From the IMG/VR virus record IMGVR_UViG_3300007083_000004, positions 96,001 to 160,000 of that record: DNA of 64,000 bases; one strand, 5' to 3'. The stretch is from a virus (Duplodnaviria; Caudoviricetes). Of this stretch, positions 49,567-59,571 are shown one piece after another (the first letter of the stretch is position 1; each line of letters begins with the position of its first letter). The notes under the pieces were generated by a model. It was not told the DNA's origin. It searched no databases and was given only the letters and a program-made list of their open reading frames with translations. The translations under genes were made by a program, and so were the position numbers.

Positions 49567-49971
49567 ATGTCTATATTACCTACATTTTCTCATAGTGGAT
49601 GGGTAACAAATCCATTAGAAAAAATCGATTTCATGATGGCTTATTTTTTTGAAACACAAAAAAGCCAAACCCATTTTTATAATGATCTAGCATCGTTTCA
49701 GTCTATTTTAGCCGATGGTGCCGATTTACATGATATTGAAAGTAGATTATTGACTTACTTAAATGAATATTTATCTACGATCTTTAGTAATGTAGAATTA
49801 AATGTTACAATAGAACCTATAACTGGTGACGAAAATGACGTCGATATGGTTATAAAAATAAAATGTAATTTTGAAGATGAAGGTAAAACATATTCTATTT
49901 CTAATGCTATAGAAATGCTGGGTACCAATGTCAAGAAAATTTATAGGTTAAATGAAATGGGCGAATTATGA
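49567..49971 (+). CDS. Conserved protein (phiKZ gp61-like by synteny)
   Basis: 134 aa, GGAG SD. Confidence 0.5.
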   Translation: MSILPTFSHSGWVTNPLEKIDFMMAYFFETQKSQTHFYNDLASFQSILADGADLHDIESRLLTYLNEYLSTIFSNVELNVTIEPITGDENDVDMVIKIKCNFEDEGKTYSISNAIEMLGTNVKKIYRLNEMGEL

Positions 49972-50723
49972 ACCAAAAATTTACTAATCTCAGATTTAAT
50001 TCAATAGAAGAACTGGAAGCTGCTCTAGACGGTAAAACGCTAAAAAACCTACCTGAAGAATTAAAAAAGAATCTGGAACCAAAAATAGATTCAATGCCAC
50101 ATCCTGATCACGATAAGGTTATGGATGTGTTTAGTAAGATAATGAAAGTTAACCATAAGAATGTAGAAAGCATCATAAACGATATATCTACCAAATTAAT
50201 TCCAGAAAAATCCAATCCAACATTTCCTGAAGAACTCTTTGTTAAGTTCTTTTTACCATTTTTTGCAGGCGAAGTTCCAGCTACTAAAGAAATAAGTATA
50301 TCTACATGGTTAGATAAAATATCTGGTGATCCAAAGATAGCTGTAGACATTATTGATAATGAAGGAAATGTTTTATATACCGTACCACCAATATTGGATC
50401 AAAGTGTAATAGAGCAGGTCCAGCCCGGTGGTAGGACTATATCCATGGTAGAAAAACAGTATTCTAGATTAAAGGAAGTCAGTGCAGCAGCCTCTAGTGT
50501 TTATTTAGAAAAAACTTTAGTAGGAATGCATATTAAAGATAAACCTACCAAAGAGGTTTATATGAATATGAAAGCCTGGAATGATATATTGGAAAGATAT
50601 GGTAAAGGAGATAAAATAATAAATTTATTTCCTGAAGATAAAATAAATAGTGTTGTAAACGATTCCATTATAGAAAACGTTAATAAAAATGACTTAAGCG
50701 ATTATGAATTGGACACAGATTGA
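49968..50723 (+). CDS. Conserved protein (phiKZ gp62-like by synteny)
   Basis: 251 aa; FVKFFLPFFAG and VLYTVPP motifs. Confidence 0.5.
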   Translation: MNQKFTNLRFNSIEELEAALDGKTLKNLPEELKKNLEPKIDSMPHPDHDKVMDVFSKIMKVNHKNVESIINDISTKLIPEKSNPTFPEELFVKFFLPFFAGEVPATKEISISTWLDKISGDPKIAVDIIDNEGNVLYTVPPILDQSVIEQVQPGGRTISMVEKQYSRLKEVSAAASSVYLEKTLVGMHIKDKPTKEVYMNMKAWNDILERYGKGDKIINLFPEDKINSVVNDSIIENVNKNDLSDYELDTD

Positions 50724-51810
50724 AGTTTTATCAATATCTGATATACATTTAGGAAATATAAATAATCCTAGTGAAAATGTTATAAATGGATTAGAGAAAA
50801 AATTAACAATAGAATATCTATCTGGATTAGATTTACTGTTTATTGTTGGTGATGTTTTTGATAAAGGTTTATCTTTAAATCATCAAGATGTTTTTCATAT
50901 AGTACCATGGATAAAAAGATTATTATCTAGATGTGCTAATTTAAATATAACCGTTATGGTTTTAGAGGGTACACCAAGTCATGATAGATTACAATCGCAA
51001 TTATTTGTAGCAATTAACGATGCTTCTGATTTAAAATGCGATTTAAGATATATAAAAGAAGTATCGATAGAATATATAGAAAAGTACGATATCAATATTC
51101 TTTGTATACCTGATGAGAAAAACACCAATGACGACATTACTTATCATCAGTTATTGGATATAATGAAATCCAGAGCTATTGATAAATGTGATTTCGGTTT
51201 AGTGCATGGATTTTTTGATTTTCAGATACCTGAAGACTATAGAGTTAGGTTTCATGATTCTGATAAATATCTGAATATAGTAAAATATCTGATATTTGTA
51301 GGTCATGACCACGAATTTAGTAAGAAAGATAGAATTATAGTACAGGGTTCTCCAGATAGACAAAGATTTGGAATGGAATCCAATAAAGGTTTCGTTAGAG
51401 CTACTGTTTATAGAGATGGTACTTACGAGGCAAAATTCGTAGTAAATGAATATGCAATGAGGTTTGATACAATAGAAATAAATGATGATGTTTCTATTGC
51501 ATTAAAACAAATAAAAAACAAATGTAAAGAATTAAATAGAAGATCTCATTTACGATTGGTTGGTCATAAAAACCATCCTCTATTAGAAAATTTGCATGAG
51601 ATTCAGAAACAGTATCCTTTTATTAGAATTCAAAAGAAATATATAGAATCTGAAAATAATAATATATTACTAAGTGAGGAAGAAAAATCATATATTCCAT
51701 TTGTCATTGATAAATCAAACATAAAAGATATTATAAAAGATAGATTAACTATAGAAATGACAAATGAAGAAATGGATTATTTCAATTCACTAATTGATTC
51801 TCATATATAA
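50704..51810 (+). CDS. sbcD: SbcD/Mre11-like metallophosphoesterase nuclease
   Basis: SDIHLG, GDVFD, GTPSHD, VHG and GHDH motifs. Confidence 0.88.
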   Translation: MNWTQIEVLSISDIHLGNINNPSENVINGLEKKLTIEYLSGLDLLFIVGDVFDKGLSLNHQDVFHIVPWIKRLLSRCANLNITVMVLEGTPSHDRLQSQLFVAINDASDLKCDLRYIKEVSIEYIEKYDINILCIPDEKNTNDDITYHQLLDIMKSRAIDKCDFGLVHGFFDFQIPEDYRVRFHDSDKYLNIVKYLIFVGHDHEFSKKDRIIVQGSPDRQRFGMESNKGFVRATVYRDGTYEAKFVVNEYAMRFDTIEINDDVSIALKQIKNKCKELNRRSHLRLVGHKNHPLLENLHEIQKQYPFIRIQKKYIESENNNILLSEEEKSYIPFVIDKSNIKDIIKDRLTIEMTNEEMDYFNSLIDSHI

Positions 51811-51822
51811 AGGGAAATCGAA

Positions 51823-52653
51823 ATGAAATATTCGGAAAAAATGACTATGGGTAAATTTCCTATTAATATAGCTACATCTTTAGCTATGGAATCTTTAGTC
51901 AATATACACGATGAAGAAAAACATAAATATCCCCCTATTAAAGATTATAATGAATATTGGTTTAATCTCAATACTCTTTATAGAAATACCTTAGGTTCTT
52001 TTAGTGGAGATATTAAATTAGCTTTAGATGAAGTAATTTTAGCCGGTCTAATAGATGAAGAAGTAAAACAAATCAACATTGCATTAAAACCATATAAAAT
52101 TACTTTTGTTTTATATCTTTGCGAATACAAGAAACAATTAGATATAAACAATAAAATAAATAGGGGAGTAAAGTTTAGAAGACCAAATACTCCCAAACAG
52201 ATGGATGAATGGGATTTAATGTATAAAACAATAAATCTATTTAAAAAGAATTACGATTACGTAAATGTTTTTGAAGACGAATTAAGACCTAATTCCAATC
52301 ATTCAAAAACCATCATGCAAACCCATCAGGTAATAGATTTATTATCATATAAAAACTATGAGGTCTTGGACCTGATAGAATCTCATACAGGTAAGATTAA
52401 AACCAGATACAATTGGCATACGAAGTTTATTGAAGGAAAAGACTTATTTATGATCCCCTTTACTTCGTATTTCTTGAGAATATTTGGAGATAAAGAAACC
52501 TTTATGCCTATGGATAGGCAAATCAGAAAATCCATTATAGATCTAGCTAGAAAATGTAATTGGACAGTTACTACAACTTATGATAAAATCAGGCATGATT
52601 TATCTAAGTTAGAGGATGTTTACGTTCGCAATCTGGTAAGAGAGTTAATGTAA
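51823..52653 (+). CDS. Conserved protein (phiKZ gp66-like by synteny)
   Basis: 276 aa between sbcD and the chmC-like gene. Confidence 0.5.
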   Translation: MKYSEKMTMGKFPINIATSLAMESLVNIHDEEKHKYPPIKDYNEYWFNLNTLYRNTLGSFSGDIKLALDEVILAGLIDEEVKQINIALKPYKITFVLYLCEYKKQLDINNKINRGVKFRRPNTPKQMDEWDLMYKTINLFKKNYDYVNVFEDELRPNSNHSKTIMQTHQVIDLLSYKNYEVLDLIESHTGKIKTRYNWHTKFIEGKDLFMIPFTSYFLRIFGDKETFMPMDRQIRKSIIDLARKCNWTVTTTYDKIRHDLSKLEDVYVRNLVRELM

Positions 52654-52716
52654 TTTTCTAAATGAATTCTTTATTATTTGTACAGTATCACTAATATTTG
52701 CGAAAAGGAAATAATC

Positions 52717-53412
52717 ATGGCTGAACAGCGTAAATTCAAGATGAGGGATAAAAATCTCCTGGATTCCAAGCGAATCACATTGAAAACACCATGTCCCGTT
52801 AAGGGTTCTAAAGGGTGGTCTTCTTTGCATTATTATGCAAATAACGATAATCCAGGTATTACTGTTTATACTCAAGCTCCAGGAGATGAGGATAACAACT
52901 ATGGTCGCATTCAAGCCAAAATGGGTGTAATGGACATGATGGTTCATTTGGAGCAATTAGCTGAGGTAATTCGTTCCAAAAACCCCATTAAATTACAAAT
53001 GATTTGCAAGAGTCTGCGTGGTAAGGAATTAAGAGAAGTCGATGCAGCTATGGTCGAGGTAGGTAAAAGGCAAGATGGTGTAGTTTATATCCATGTAAGG
53101 GATCTGGAGATTAATGGTAGACCGGAAATTTACTTTCCTTTTGCTCCTACCAAATGGCATTACCTATCTAAGGATGGTGATAAACTAACTGAGGCTGAAA
53201 CGTCGGTTTTAGCAGCACGAGCTATTTATAACCTCATGCAAAAAGCTATCACGGACATTTCTTTGGATACTTACGTTCATCCTAAACCAAAAGAAGGTAA
53301 TGGTAATTATAACAACAATCGCAGTAATAATAACTCTGGGTATTCTAATAACAGTTCCAATAGCTCTAATAATTCTAGCCATAAAGACGATGACGAGGAT
53401 ATACCCTTTTAA
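52717..53412 (+). CDS. chmC: ChmC-like nucleus-associated nucleic-acid-binding protein (phiKZ gp67-like)
   Basis: Synteny upstream of the gp68/gp69 pair; N/S-rich tail ending DDDEDIPF; SD-led ATG 52717. Confidence 0.55.
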   Translation: MAEQRKFKMRDKNLLDSKRITLKTPCPVKGSKGWSSLHYYANNDNPGITVYTQAPGDEDNNYGRIQAKMGVMDMMVHLEQLAEVIRSKNPIKLQMICKSLRGKELREVDAAMVEVGKRQDGVVYIHVRDLEINGRPEIYFPFAPTKWHYLSKDGDKLTEAETSVLAARAIYNLMQKAITDISLDTYVHPKPKEGNGNYNNNRSNNNSGYSNNSSNSSNNSSHKDDDEDIPF

Positions 53413-53425
53413 ATAGTTTTAATAC

Positions 53426-53503
53426 CTCACGGTAGCTCAGTTGGATAGCAGCAATCGCCTTCTAAGCGATCGGTCGGGGGTTCGAGTCCCTCCCGTGAGG
53501 CCA
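53426..53503 (+). tRNA. tRNA-Arg (TCT)
   Basis: CTCACGG/CCGTGAG, ATCGC-CTTCTAA-GCGAT, GGGGG-TTCGAGT-CCCTC, CCA. Confidence 0.9.
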
Positions 53504-53594
53504 ATAATTATTTAACCATCAATATAAATAAATCGTATTACTACCGTACCACATGGTACGGTAGTAATTATATTTTTTTGTAAAGGAAATAAAA

Positions 53595-54509
53595 ATGAAG
53601 CAATATCTGGAACTAGTAAAAAAGATATTAGATATTGGCATAAATAAGACGGATCGTACTGGTGTAGGTACAAGATCTCTAGTAGGAGAAACTATTAGGT
53701 TTGATTTAAGAAAAGGATTCCCATTATTGACCACAAAGAAAGTTCCACTCAAAATCGTTGTAATAGAATTATTATTTTTTTTACAGGGTAGAACCAATAA
53801 TAATTGGTTAAAAGAACGAGGATGTCATATATGGGACGAATGGGAATATAATGGAAACATACCGTGGATTGAGAATGGAGAACTAGGTCCTATATATGGT
53901 AAAATGTGGAGAGAATGGCCGATTGATTCCAGGTTTTTAAACAATGATGATTCCATGAAATTTGATCAACTATTGTACATAATGGATCAGTTGGAAAAAC
54001 ATAGTAGATCTAGAAGGATATTAGTTAGTGCGTGGAATCCACTTTTTATGCCAGATGAAACAAATACTCATAATGAGAATATAGAAAACAATAAACAAGT
54101 TTTAAGTCCTTGTCATACAACATTTCAGTTCATAGTCGAACCCAATAATTCGGATGTTGATTATCTAAATTTAGTGATGTATCAAAGAAGTGCTGATGTA
54201 GCCTTAGGGGTTCCTTTTAATATAGCATCTTACTCATTTCTCTTAGAACTGATGGCAAAGAAGTACAATTATATTTCTAAAGATCTGGTAATTCACTTCG
54301 GTGATTCTCATGTATATATGAATCAGATCGATGGATTAAAGGAACAATTAAATAGAGAACCTAGAAATTTACCAAATATTCTAATAAAAAATAATTTTGC
54401 AAAAGATTTTCTAACATTTGATCCTTTAAATAAAAAAGCGGATGAAATATATTTGTTAATAGACTATAACCCACATCCAGCAATAAGGTTTCCTGACCCA
54501 GCAGTTTAA
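53595..54509 (+). CDS. thyA: Thymidylate synthase
   Basis: DRTGVGT, GFPLLTTKK, SRRILVSAWNP, PCH, YQRSAD..LGVPFNIASY, GDSHVY. Confidence 0.95.
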   Translation: MKQYLELVKKILDIGINKTDRTGVGTRSLVGETIRFDLRKGFPLLTTKKVPLKIVVIELLFFLQGRTNNNWLKERGCHIWDEWEYNGNIPWIENGELGPIYGKMWREWPIDSRFLNNDDSMKFDQLLYIMDQLEKHSRSRRILVSAWNPLFMPDETNTHNENIENNKQVLSPCHTTFQFIVEPNNSDVDYLNLVMYQRSADVALGVPFNIASYSFLLELMAKKYNYISKDLVIHFGDSHVYMNQIDGLKEQLNREPRNLPNILIKNNFAKDFLTFDPLNKKADEIYLLIDYNPHPAIRFPDPAV

Positions 54510-54534
54510 GTTTTACTTAATTTTAAAATGTACA

Positions 54535-54542
54535 TATATTAC
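54535..54542 (+). promoter_or_regulatory. Early promoter TATATTAC
   Basis: Exact motif upstream of the gp68-like gene. Confidence 0.6.
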
Positions 54543-54588
54543 TAAAGTGTACGTACTTTACCGGATTTTAAAAAAGGAAATTGAATGT

Positions 54589-56154
54589 ATGAAAATTCAA
54601 ATGACAAATCCAGAGGTCGGTGGATATAGAACTATTTCTATAATAAATGGTGATAGAACACTGGACTTCACCGCAGCATTTTATAACAGGATTTTTAATA
54701 AAGGATTATACGATCCATTCAATGAATTAAATGAATATTGGGAAAGACTGGATAAAGAAACCCTGGATAATTTATTTAGTCTTTATGAGAATTCCAAAGA
54801 GGTTTTGAATGAATCGATGAGGATTAGCGATCTCATCGTCAGATTAAGACCAGTTATCGACGCGATCGTTAATATTCACAATACCGATCGTTTTGATAAC
54901 TTTGTCAGATTTCATTCCGATGTTTGGATTCCAATGGACTTAACAAACGAATATTTATTTGATCATGAAAGACCTGGTACCAGAGAACAAACTTACCTGA
55001 TATCGGATTATTGGAATTTAGTTGTTCTTTCGGTAAAATTAAGAGCACTAACACCAATTATATCGGAATATCTGGAAAAAACAAAATTGGAATCTGGTAC
55101 TACGTTTTTGAATCTAAATGCGTATTACCTGTTAACCAAATCCCCCATAATCAATGAACCCGCTTTAGATAAATTAAATCAATATATCGATAAGAATAGT
55201 AAACAAGTTACCGTCCATACTCGATCAACTTTGGATGGTATTGGAAGCGAATACTTTCTGACTTCGATATTGGCAAACATAATTATAAAAGTTTTATGCG
55301 TGGCAGATTTATGTCAAGGGGGAGAAAACTCTCATTTGGTTCAACTCGTTCATAAAGAGATAAGAAATAAATTATCTCAATTAAACAGCTATCAAAATGA
55401 AGTTAAAGATAAGAACCATAATGATATCAAAATGGATTCCGATGATTCTACTTCGATTGTAGAGAATTATAAAAATAAACCATTGGTGGCCCCGGGTGAT
55501 TTTTCAGCAATGGAAATCTGGACCACACATATGGACGAAATATTGGCAAAGCTGTATTGTCAGGATTTACTAACCGACGAACAATACAAATCTTTAATGG
55601 ATGAATACGATTACGTACATAATACAATCGACCATCCATTTGAGGATTGTCAAATCAATTTGATTCGCTGGGTAGTAAACCCGATTTTCTCACCGAGGGC
55701 AATGTGGGATATTAATCGAGCCAGTATTGTTAGATTATCGGTAATAGCTCAGGAATGGTTATTTAATTGTGGTTTTAAGGAAATAGCATTATTGACCACA
55801 GCCAAGAGTTTACACGCCGATGAGTATGGTAGTTCAAATGGAATGTTTAAAGTCAATATCAGTAAAACATCGATGGAAGAACTAAATGAACTTTATCCAT
55901 ATTACAGAAAATTTCCAAACAAAAAGAACTTTAAACAAGTCAATGATGTAGTATTGGAAATCGAAAGTATCGATAAAGATTTATCCAATCATACTTGGTC
56001 GCTTTGCGCAAGTGATGAAAAGGTAAAAGAATTAACGAGGGATTCTTTAAATAAAATTTATAGAACATCTAACAATCTGAAAACCAGATTGGTAGATTTG
56101 GCTATAGCTTTACAGAAAAGAAATAAAAACTTTGTTAATTCATTTAAATTGTAA
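54589..56154 (+). CDS. Non-virion RNAP promoter-specificity subunit (phiKZ gp68-like)
   Basis: About 521 aa from SD-led ATG 54589; TREQTYL..DY..L motif; synteny. Confidence 0.65.
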   Translation: MKIQMTNPEVGGYRTISIINGDRTLDFTAAFYNRIFNKGLYDPFNELNEYWERLDKETLDNLFSLYENSKEVLNESMRISDLIVRLRPVIDAIVNIHNTDRFDNFVRFHSDVWIPMDLTNEYLFDHERPGTREQTYLISDYWNLVVLSVKLRALTPIISEYLEKTKLESGTTFLNLNAYYLLTKSPIINEPALDKLNQYIDKNSKQVTVHTRSTLDGIGSEYFLTSILANIIIKVLCVADLCQGGENSHLVQLVHKEIRNKLSQLNSYQNEVKDKNHNDIKMDSDDSTSIVENYKNKPLVAPGDFSAMEIWTTHMDEILAKLYCQDLLTDEQYKSLMDEYDYVHNTIDHPFEDCQINLIRWVVNPIFSPRAMWDINRASIVRLSVIAQEWLFNCGFKEIALLTTAKSLHADEYGSSNGMFKVNISKTSMEELNELYPYYRKFPNKKNFKQVNDVVLEIESIDKDLSNHTWSLCASDEKVKELTRDSLNKIYRTSNNLKTRLVDLAIALQKRNKNFVNSFKL

Positions 56155-56181
56155 CAACACTAGAATGGAGAATTTAAAATC

Positions 56182-57633
56182 ATGCACCCATTAGGTTATC
56201 GAGATGACATTCAAATATTTGTCGAGGATTTGGTACTGGCAGAAACCAACCAATACGTAGATCAATATTTACGTCCATATATAACTCAATTAGACGGCAG
56301 TACCATCGATGCAATTGAAAGTAGACAAAATGTATCTAGGCGTTTCACTCCTGAGATTTTAGCTGGAATTGCCAATCAATTCATAATTCCTGATTATAAA
56401 ACCAGAGGGGTTATAGAAATTCCAAACGGATGGAGTAGTCGTAGGGGTCGATTCATTTTGACCGTTGGTTTCGAATTATCCATCGGTAGTAGATTACGAC
56501 AAGTCATCATTGGATACACGGATACTCCCGGTTTTAGCAGTAGAAGTATTGATCATGAAATGGAATTTTTCATAAACAATACGTACTTGCTAAAAGAACA
56601 AACGGTTTGGACAGATCGCGGTAATGAAAAGATTTGGCATCCTACCAACATAAGTGATGTTATGTCAGATAGATTTGGAGCTGGCATCAGGGGCAGAAGT
56701 AATTTATATACTATCAGACCAATGGATATTTATAATGTCTTGGATGCCGACGATTCCACCAAGATATTGAAAGAAGTTGAAGAAGTCATAGACGAAAGAA
56801 TTTGGCTATCTAAAAACTCCATCAAATCCAGTGTTGATAATAGATTACCATCCAGGTTTATGTCTAAGGTATTAAAATCCAGACAACAAGCACGGGATAA
56901 TACCCAATTTAATAATTCTGCTGCTGACATTAATGCCACCGCTCAACACTATGCAATGGAGAGCTACGCTTCTGACGATTTGTTTATGTCCAAATTAATG
57001 CAAATACAAGGTCATCGTAGTGTGACCGACAGGTTTACATTTCGCGATCTATTGGAAATCGATCCAGATATTGAAAGAAAGAAAACCATATATCTATTAG
57101 GACCAAATGCCACGGATTATTACGATTATTCCAATCGTTTAAATGGTCAAGAAGAATCCGATAGGATCGCATCTCTTATCGCCATGGCAGTACCAGCCAT
57201 TATGATGGAATTGGGTCTTAGTAGGGTCAAGTTTCAATGTCACAATAACAGACCTTCCAAAGACTTTAATTTCACCATCATGGATGGTAGGTCGTTGGTC
57301 AAAGGTATGGAAATGGATTATTTCCTGGATTCTTTTAAGGATAGGATAGTATATGAGCTAATGAAACCAATTTCGGCCAACGACATGATTACCGTCGGAA
57401 TTGAAGTCAGTTGCGATGTATTTGGTGATATTGATTTTAAGTTATTCTGGGATGGTATTCATAGGGGTTTATTTGTTCTACCATGTTTTTGTAATTCATT
57501 GGGAACTCCTGTAGTAACGGATACCGTCGAAGATGTATATAAAATCAGTAGAGACTTTGGGGATTTGATGGATCATTTCTTACCTATTATAGGTTCAAAT
57601 CCAACAACACTTAAAGATAACCTTCGTTATTGA
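56182..57633 (+). CDS. picA: Phage-nucleus protein import factor PicA/Imp1-like (phiKZ gp69)
   Basis: 483 aa directly after gp68-like; RPY, IPNGW..RR.RF and IGYTD motifs; synteny. Confidence 0.6.
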   Translation: MHPLGYRDDIQIFVEDLVLAETNQYVDQYLRPYITQLDGSTIDAIESRQNVSRRFTPEILAGIANQFIIPDYKTRGVIEIPNGWSSRRGRFILTVGFELSIGSRLRQVIIGYTDTPGFSSRSIDHEMEFFINNTYLLKEQTVWTDRGNEKIWHPTNISDVMSDRFGAGIRGRSNLYTIRPMDIYNVLDADDSTKILKEVEEVIDERIWLSKNSIKSSVDNRLPSRFMSKVLKSRQQARDNTQFNNSAADINATAQHYAMESYASDDLFMSKLMQIQGHRSVTDRFTFRDLLEIDPDIERKKTIYLLGPNATDYYDYSNRLNGQEESDRIASLIAMAVPAIMMELGLSRVKFQCHNNRPSKDFNFTIMDGRSLVKGMEMDYFLDSFKDRIVYELMKPISANDMITVGIEVSCDVFGDIDFKLFWDGIHRGLFVLPCFCNSLGTPVVTDTVEDVYKISRDFGDLMDHFLPIIGSNPTTLKDNLRY

Positions 57634-57649
57634 TCAAAAGGAATTAATT

Positions 57650-59068
57650 ATGAGAAATGAATTGATAAGCCACTATAAGGTTTTATTGGAACTAGGATGG
57701 CTGGTATCGGATTCAGATGGTTTCGTATCTGTTAAATTAGGCGATGAAACTATGCCTGCTACCGTAGGTGGAAAAAGGCTGATACTACCTACGGTTGAAC
57801 AGATGAAAGATACTAATTGGTCAAATCGGATCGGATTTCATCCTTTAAGGGAATCTTATAACTTGGGTATTTCTGACGTATTGGCATGTCTGAGAGATCA
57901 ATATGTTCAAAGATTAAATACTTCTATTAGCTATTTCATGAAAGAATTAATTGATATTTCCTTTAATAAGGAAAATCAAAAGAATTTGACTATTGAACAA
58001 GCTGAAGTTTTAAACGTTTTGTCTAAATGCGATAAAGTAACTGTTAGGCAATTCGAATCTATACTGAAGAAAACCAAGAGTAGAAACGATGCATCACAGT
58101 TCATCAATATCTTCATAAAAAGAGCCGGTACTGTAAACAATGTTGCATATGGTAGAGCGGCAATTGTAACCCTTCCGATTTATGATGACCTGATATCTAA
58201 TAAAGACACCATAAACGGAATTAAGCTATCGCAAAAAGATCGTGATATGTTTAGGAGGTTATATGAATTCGTTTTTCCATCATTGCGTTTAGGTAAAGAA
58301 CCATTTAACGTTGGCATCAATACCAGAACCGCTCCGTTCCTTGAATGCTTGGTAAAATCAGTTATTAAAGTAGCTCAAGAATTGGTAGAAGTCTCAGCTC
58401 CTTATAAGGAATTATTGGATTTACCATCCATATTGGATTTCCCAGAAGGAATCACCGAATGGATCGATATATTTGATTCTAAAGATAGAGCTGAGAGATA
58501 TGCTAAATTAGTACCTGCTCTAAACTCAAACGAAGACGGGGAGGTAAAACATGAAAGAAAGGAAATTAAGGAAATGCCTACTAGAGAAGAAGTTCGGGAA
58601 GTCAAAAAAGATACCAAGCCCCGTGGAATCATGACCATGGGTTATCCACCACCACAACAAAATGGTTCTACAAAAGAGATTTCCCATACATATCAAGTTC
58701 CTAGCCATGGAGCCGTTCAATTTAATTCCGAATACGATAGATTGCAAGAGGAGAAAAGAAAGATACGGGAAAAAGAAGAGGAGCTTCGTAGAAAAGAAGA
58801 AGAACTAGAAAGACGATCCCGTCAAGATAGAGATTATGATAGGAATGATCGTAGATATGACGAACGCGATGATGGTCGTCGTAGAGATCCTGAACCTCGT
58901 AAAAGAACTGGAGATCCATTTGAGGATAATCCCGTTTTAAGGGGTTACGCTAGAGAGGAAGATCGATACGATAGAGGAGGTCGCTATCGAGATAGAGAGC
59001 GTTACGATCATCGTCGAGGGGACGATGGAGGTCGCAGAGATGACCGACGATACGGTTCCAGATACTAA
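57650..59068 (+). CDS. Conserved protein (phiKZ gp70-like) with an Arg/Asp-rich disordered tail
   Basis: 472 aa; GKRLILPT and FHPLRE motifs; last ~110 aa dominated by R, D, E, G and Y. Confidence 0.55.
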   Translation: MRNELISHYKVLLELGWLVSDSDGFVSVKLGDETMPATVGGKRLILPTVEQMKDTNWSNRIGFHPLRESYNLGISDVLACLRDQYVQRLNTSISYFMKELIDISFNKENQKNLTIEQAEVLNVLSKCDKVTVRQFESILKKTKSRNDASQFINIFIKRAGTVNNVAYGRAAIVTLPIYDDLISNKDTINGIKLSQKDRDMFRRLYEFVFPSLRLGKEPFNVGINTRTAPFLECLVKSVIKVAQELVEVSAPYKELLDLPSILDFPEGITEWIDIFDSKDRAERYAKLVPALNSNEDGEVKHERKEIKEMPTREEVREVKKDTKPRGIMTMGYPPPQQNGSTKEISHTYQVPSHGAVQFNSEYDRLQEEKRKIREKEEELRRKEEELERRSRQDRDYDRNDRRYDERDDGRRRDPEPRKRTGDPFEDNPVLRGYAREEDRYDRGGRYRDRERYDHRRGDDGGRRDDRRYGSRY

Positions 59069-59080
59069 TAATTATAATTA

Positions 59081-59114
59081 GATTACAGCTATGGGATATC
59101 CCATAGCTGTAATC
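59081..59114. terminator. Perfect 34-bp palindrome between convergent genes
   Basis: GATTACAGCTATGGGAT|ATCCCATAGCTGTAATC. Confidence 0.75.
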
Positions 59115-59118
59115 ATTT

Positions 59119-59457
59119 TTATTTTTGTTTACAATACCTGGCCAATTGATCTACGTAATCAAAATCCGGAATTAATAGATATTCTAATTCTTCACCTAAG
59201 TCTAATCTAGACCTATATCCATTTAATCTTAACATGGTCCAATGATATTTATCATCAAATCCAAGTGATCTAAATAAACCATAAAAATCACCTTGATAAC
59301 GATATAATTGTGCCCATTCATTTTGAGTAATCAGTCTAATATTGTTTTTACTTTTATTTTTTAAAATATGTAAGTGATCTTCAATCATTCTTCTGAATTT
59401 ATCGGTATAATAAACCTTAGGTCCAGTAGAATTAAATGTATTTATTAAATTAGCCAT
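59119..59457 (-). CDS. Small conserved protein, possibly LysM-like
   Basis: 112 aa; YQGDFYGL, HWTMLRLNG and LLIPD pattern. Confidence 0.45.
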   Translation of the reverse strand: MANLINTFNSTGPKVYYTDKFRRMIEDHLHILKNKSKNNIRLITQNEWAQLYRYQGDFYGLFRSLGFDDKYHWTMLRLNGYRSRLDLGEELEYLLIPDFDYVDQLARYCKQK

Positions 59458-59571
59458 GAATAAAATCTCTGTTTATACTAATAATATATAATATCAATAT
59501 ATTATATATTAGTAGAGCATTTTTAGAAGGACATTTTTAAAGTTTTTTGCATTGGAACAAAAAGGAAATAT

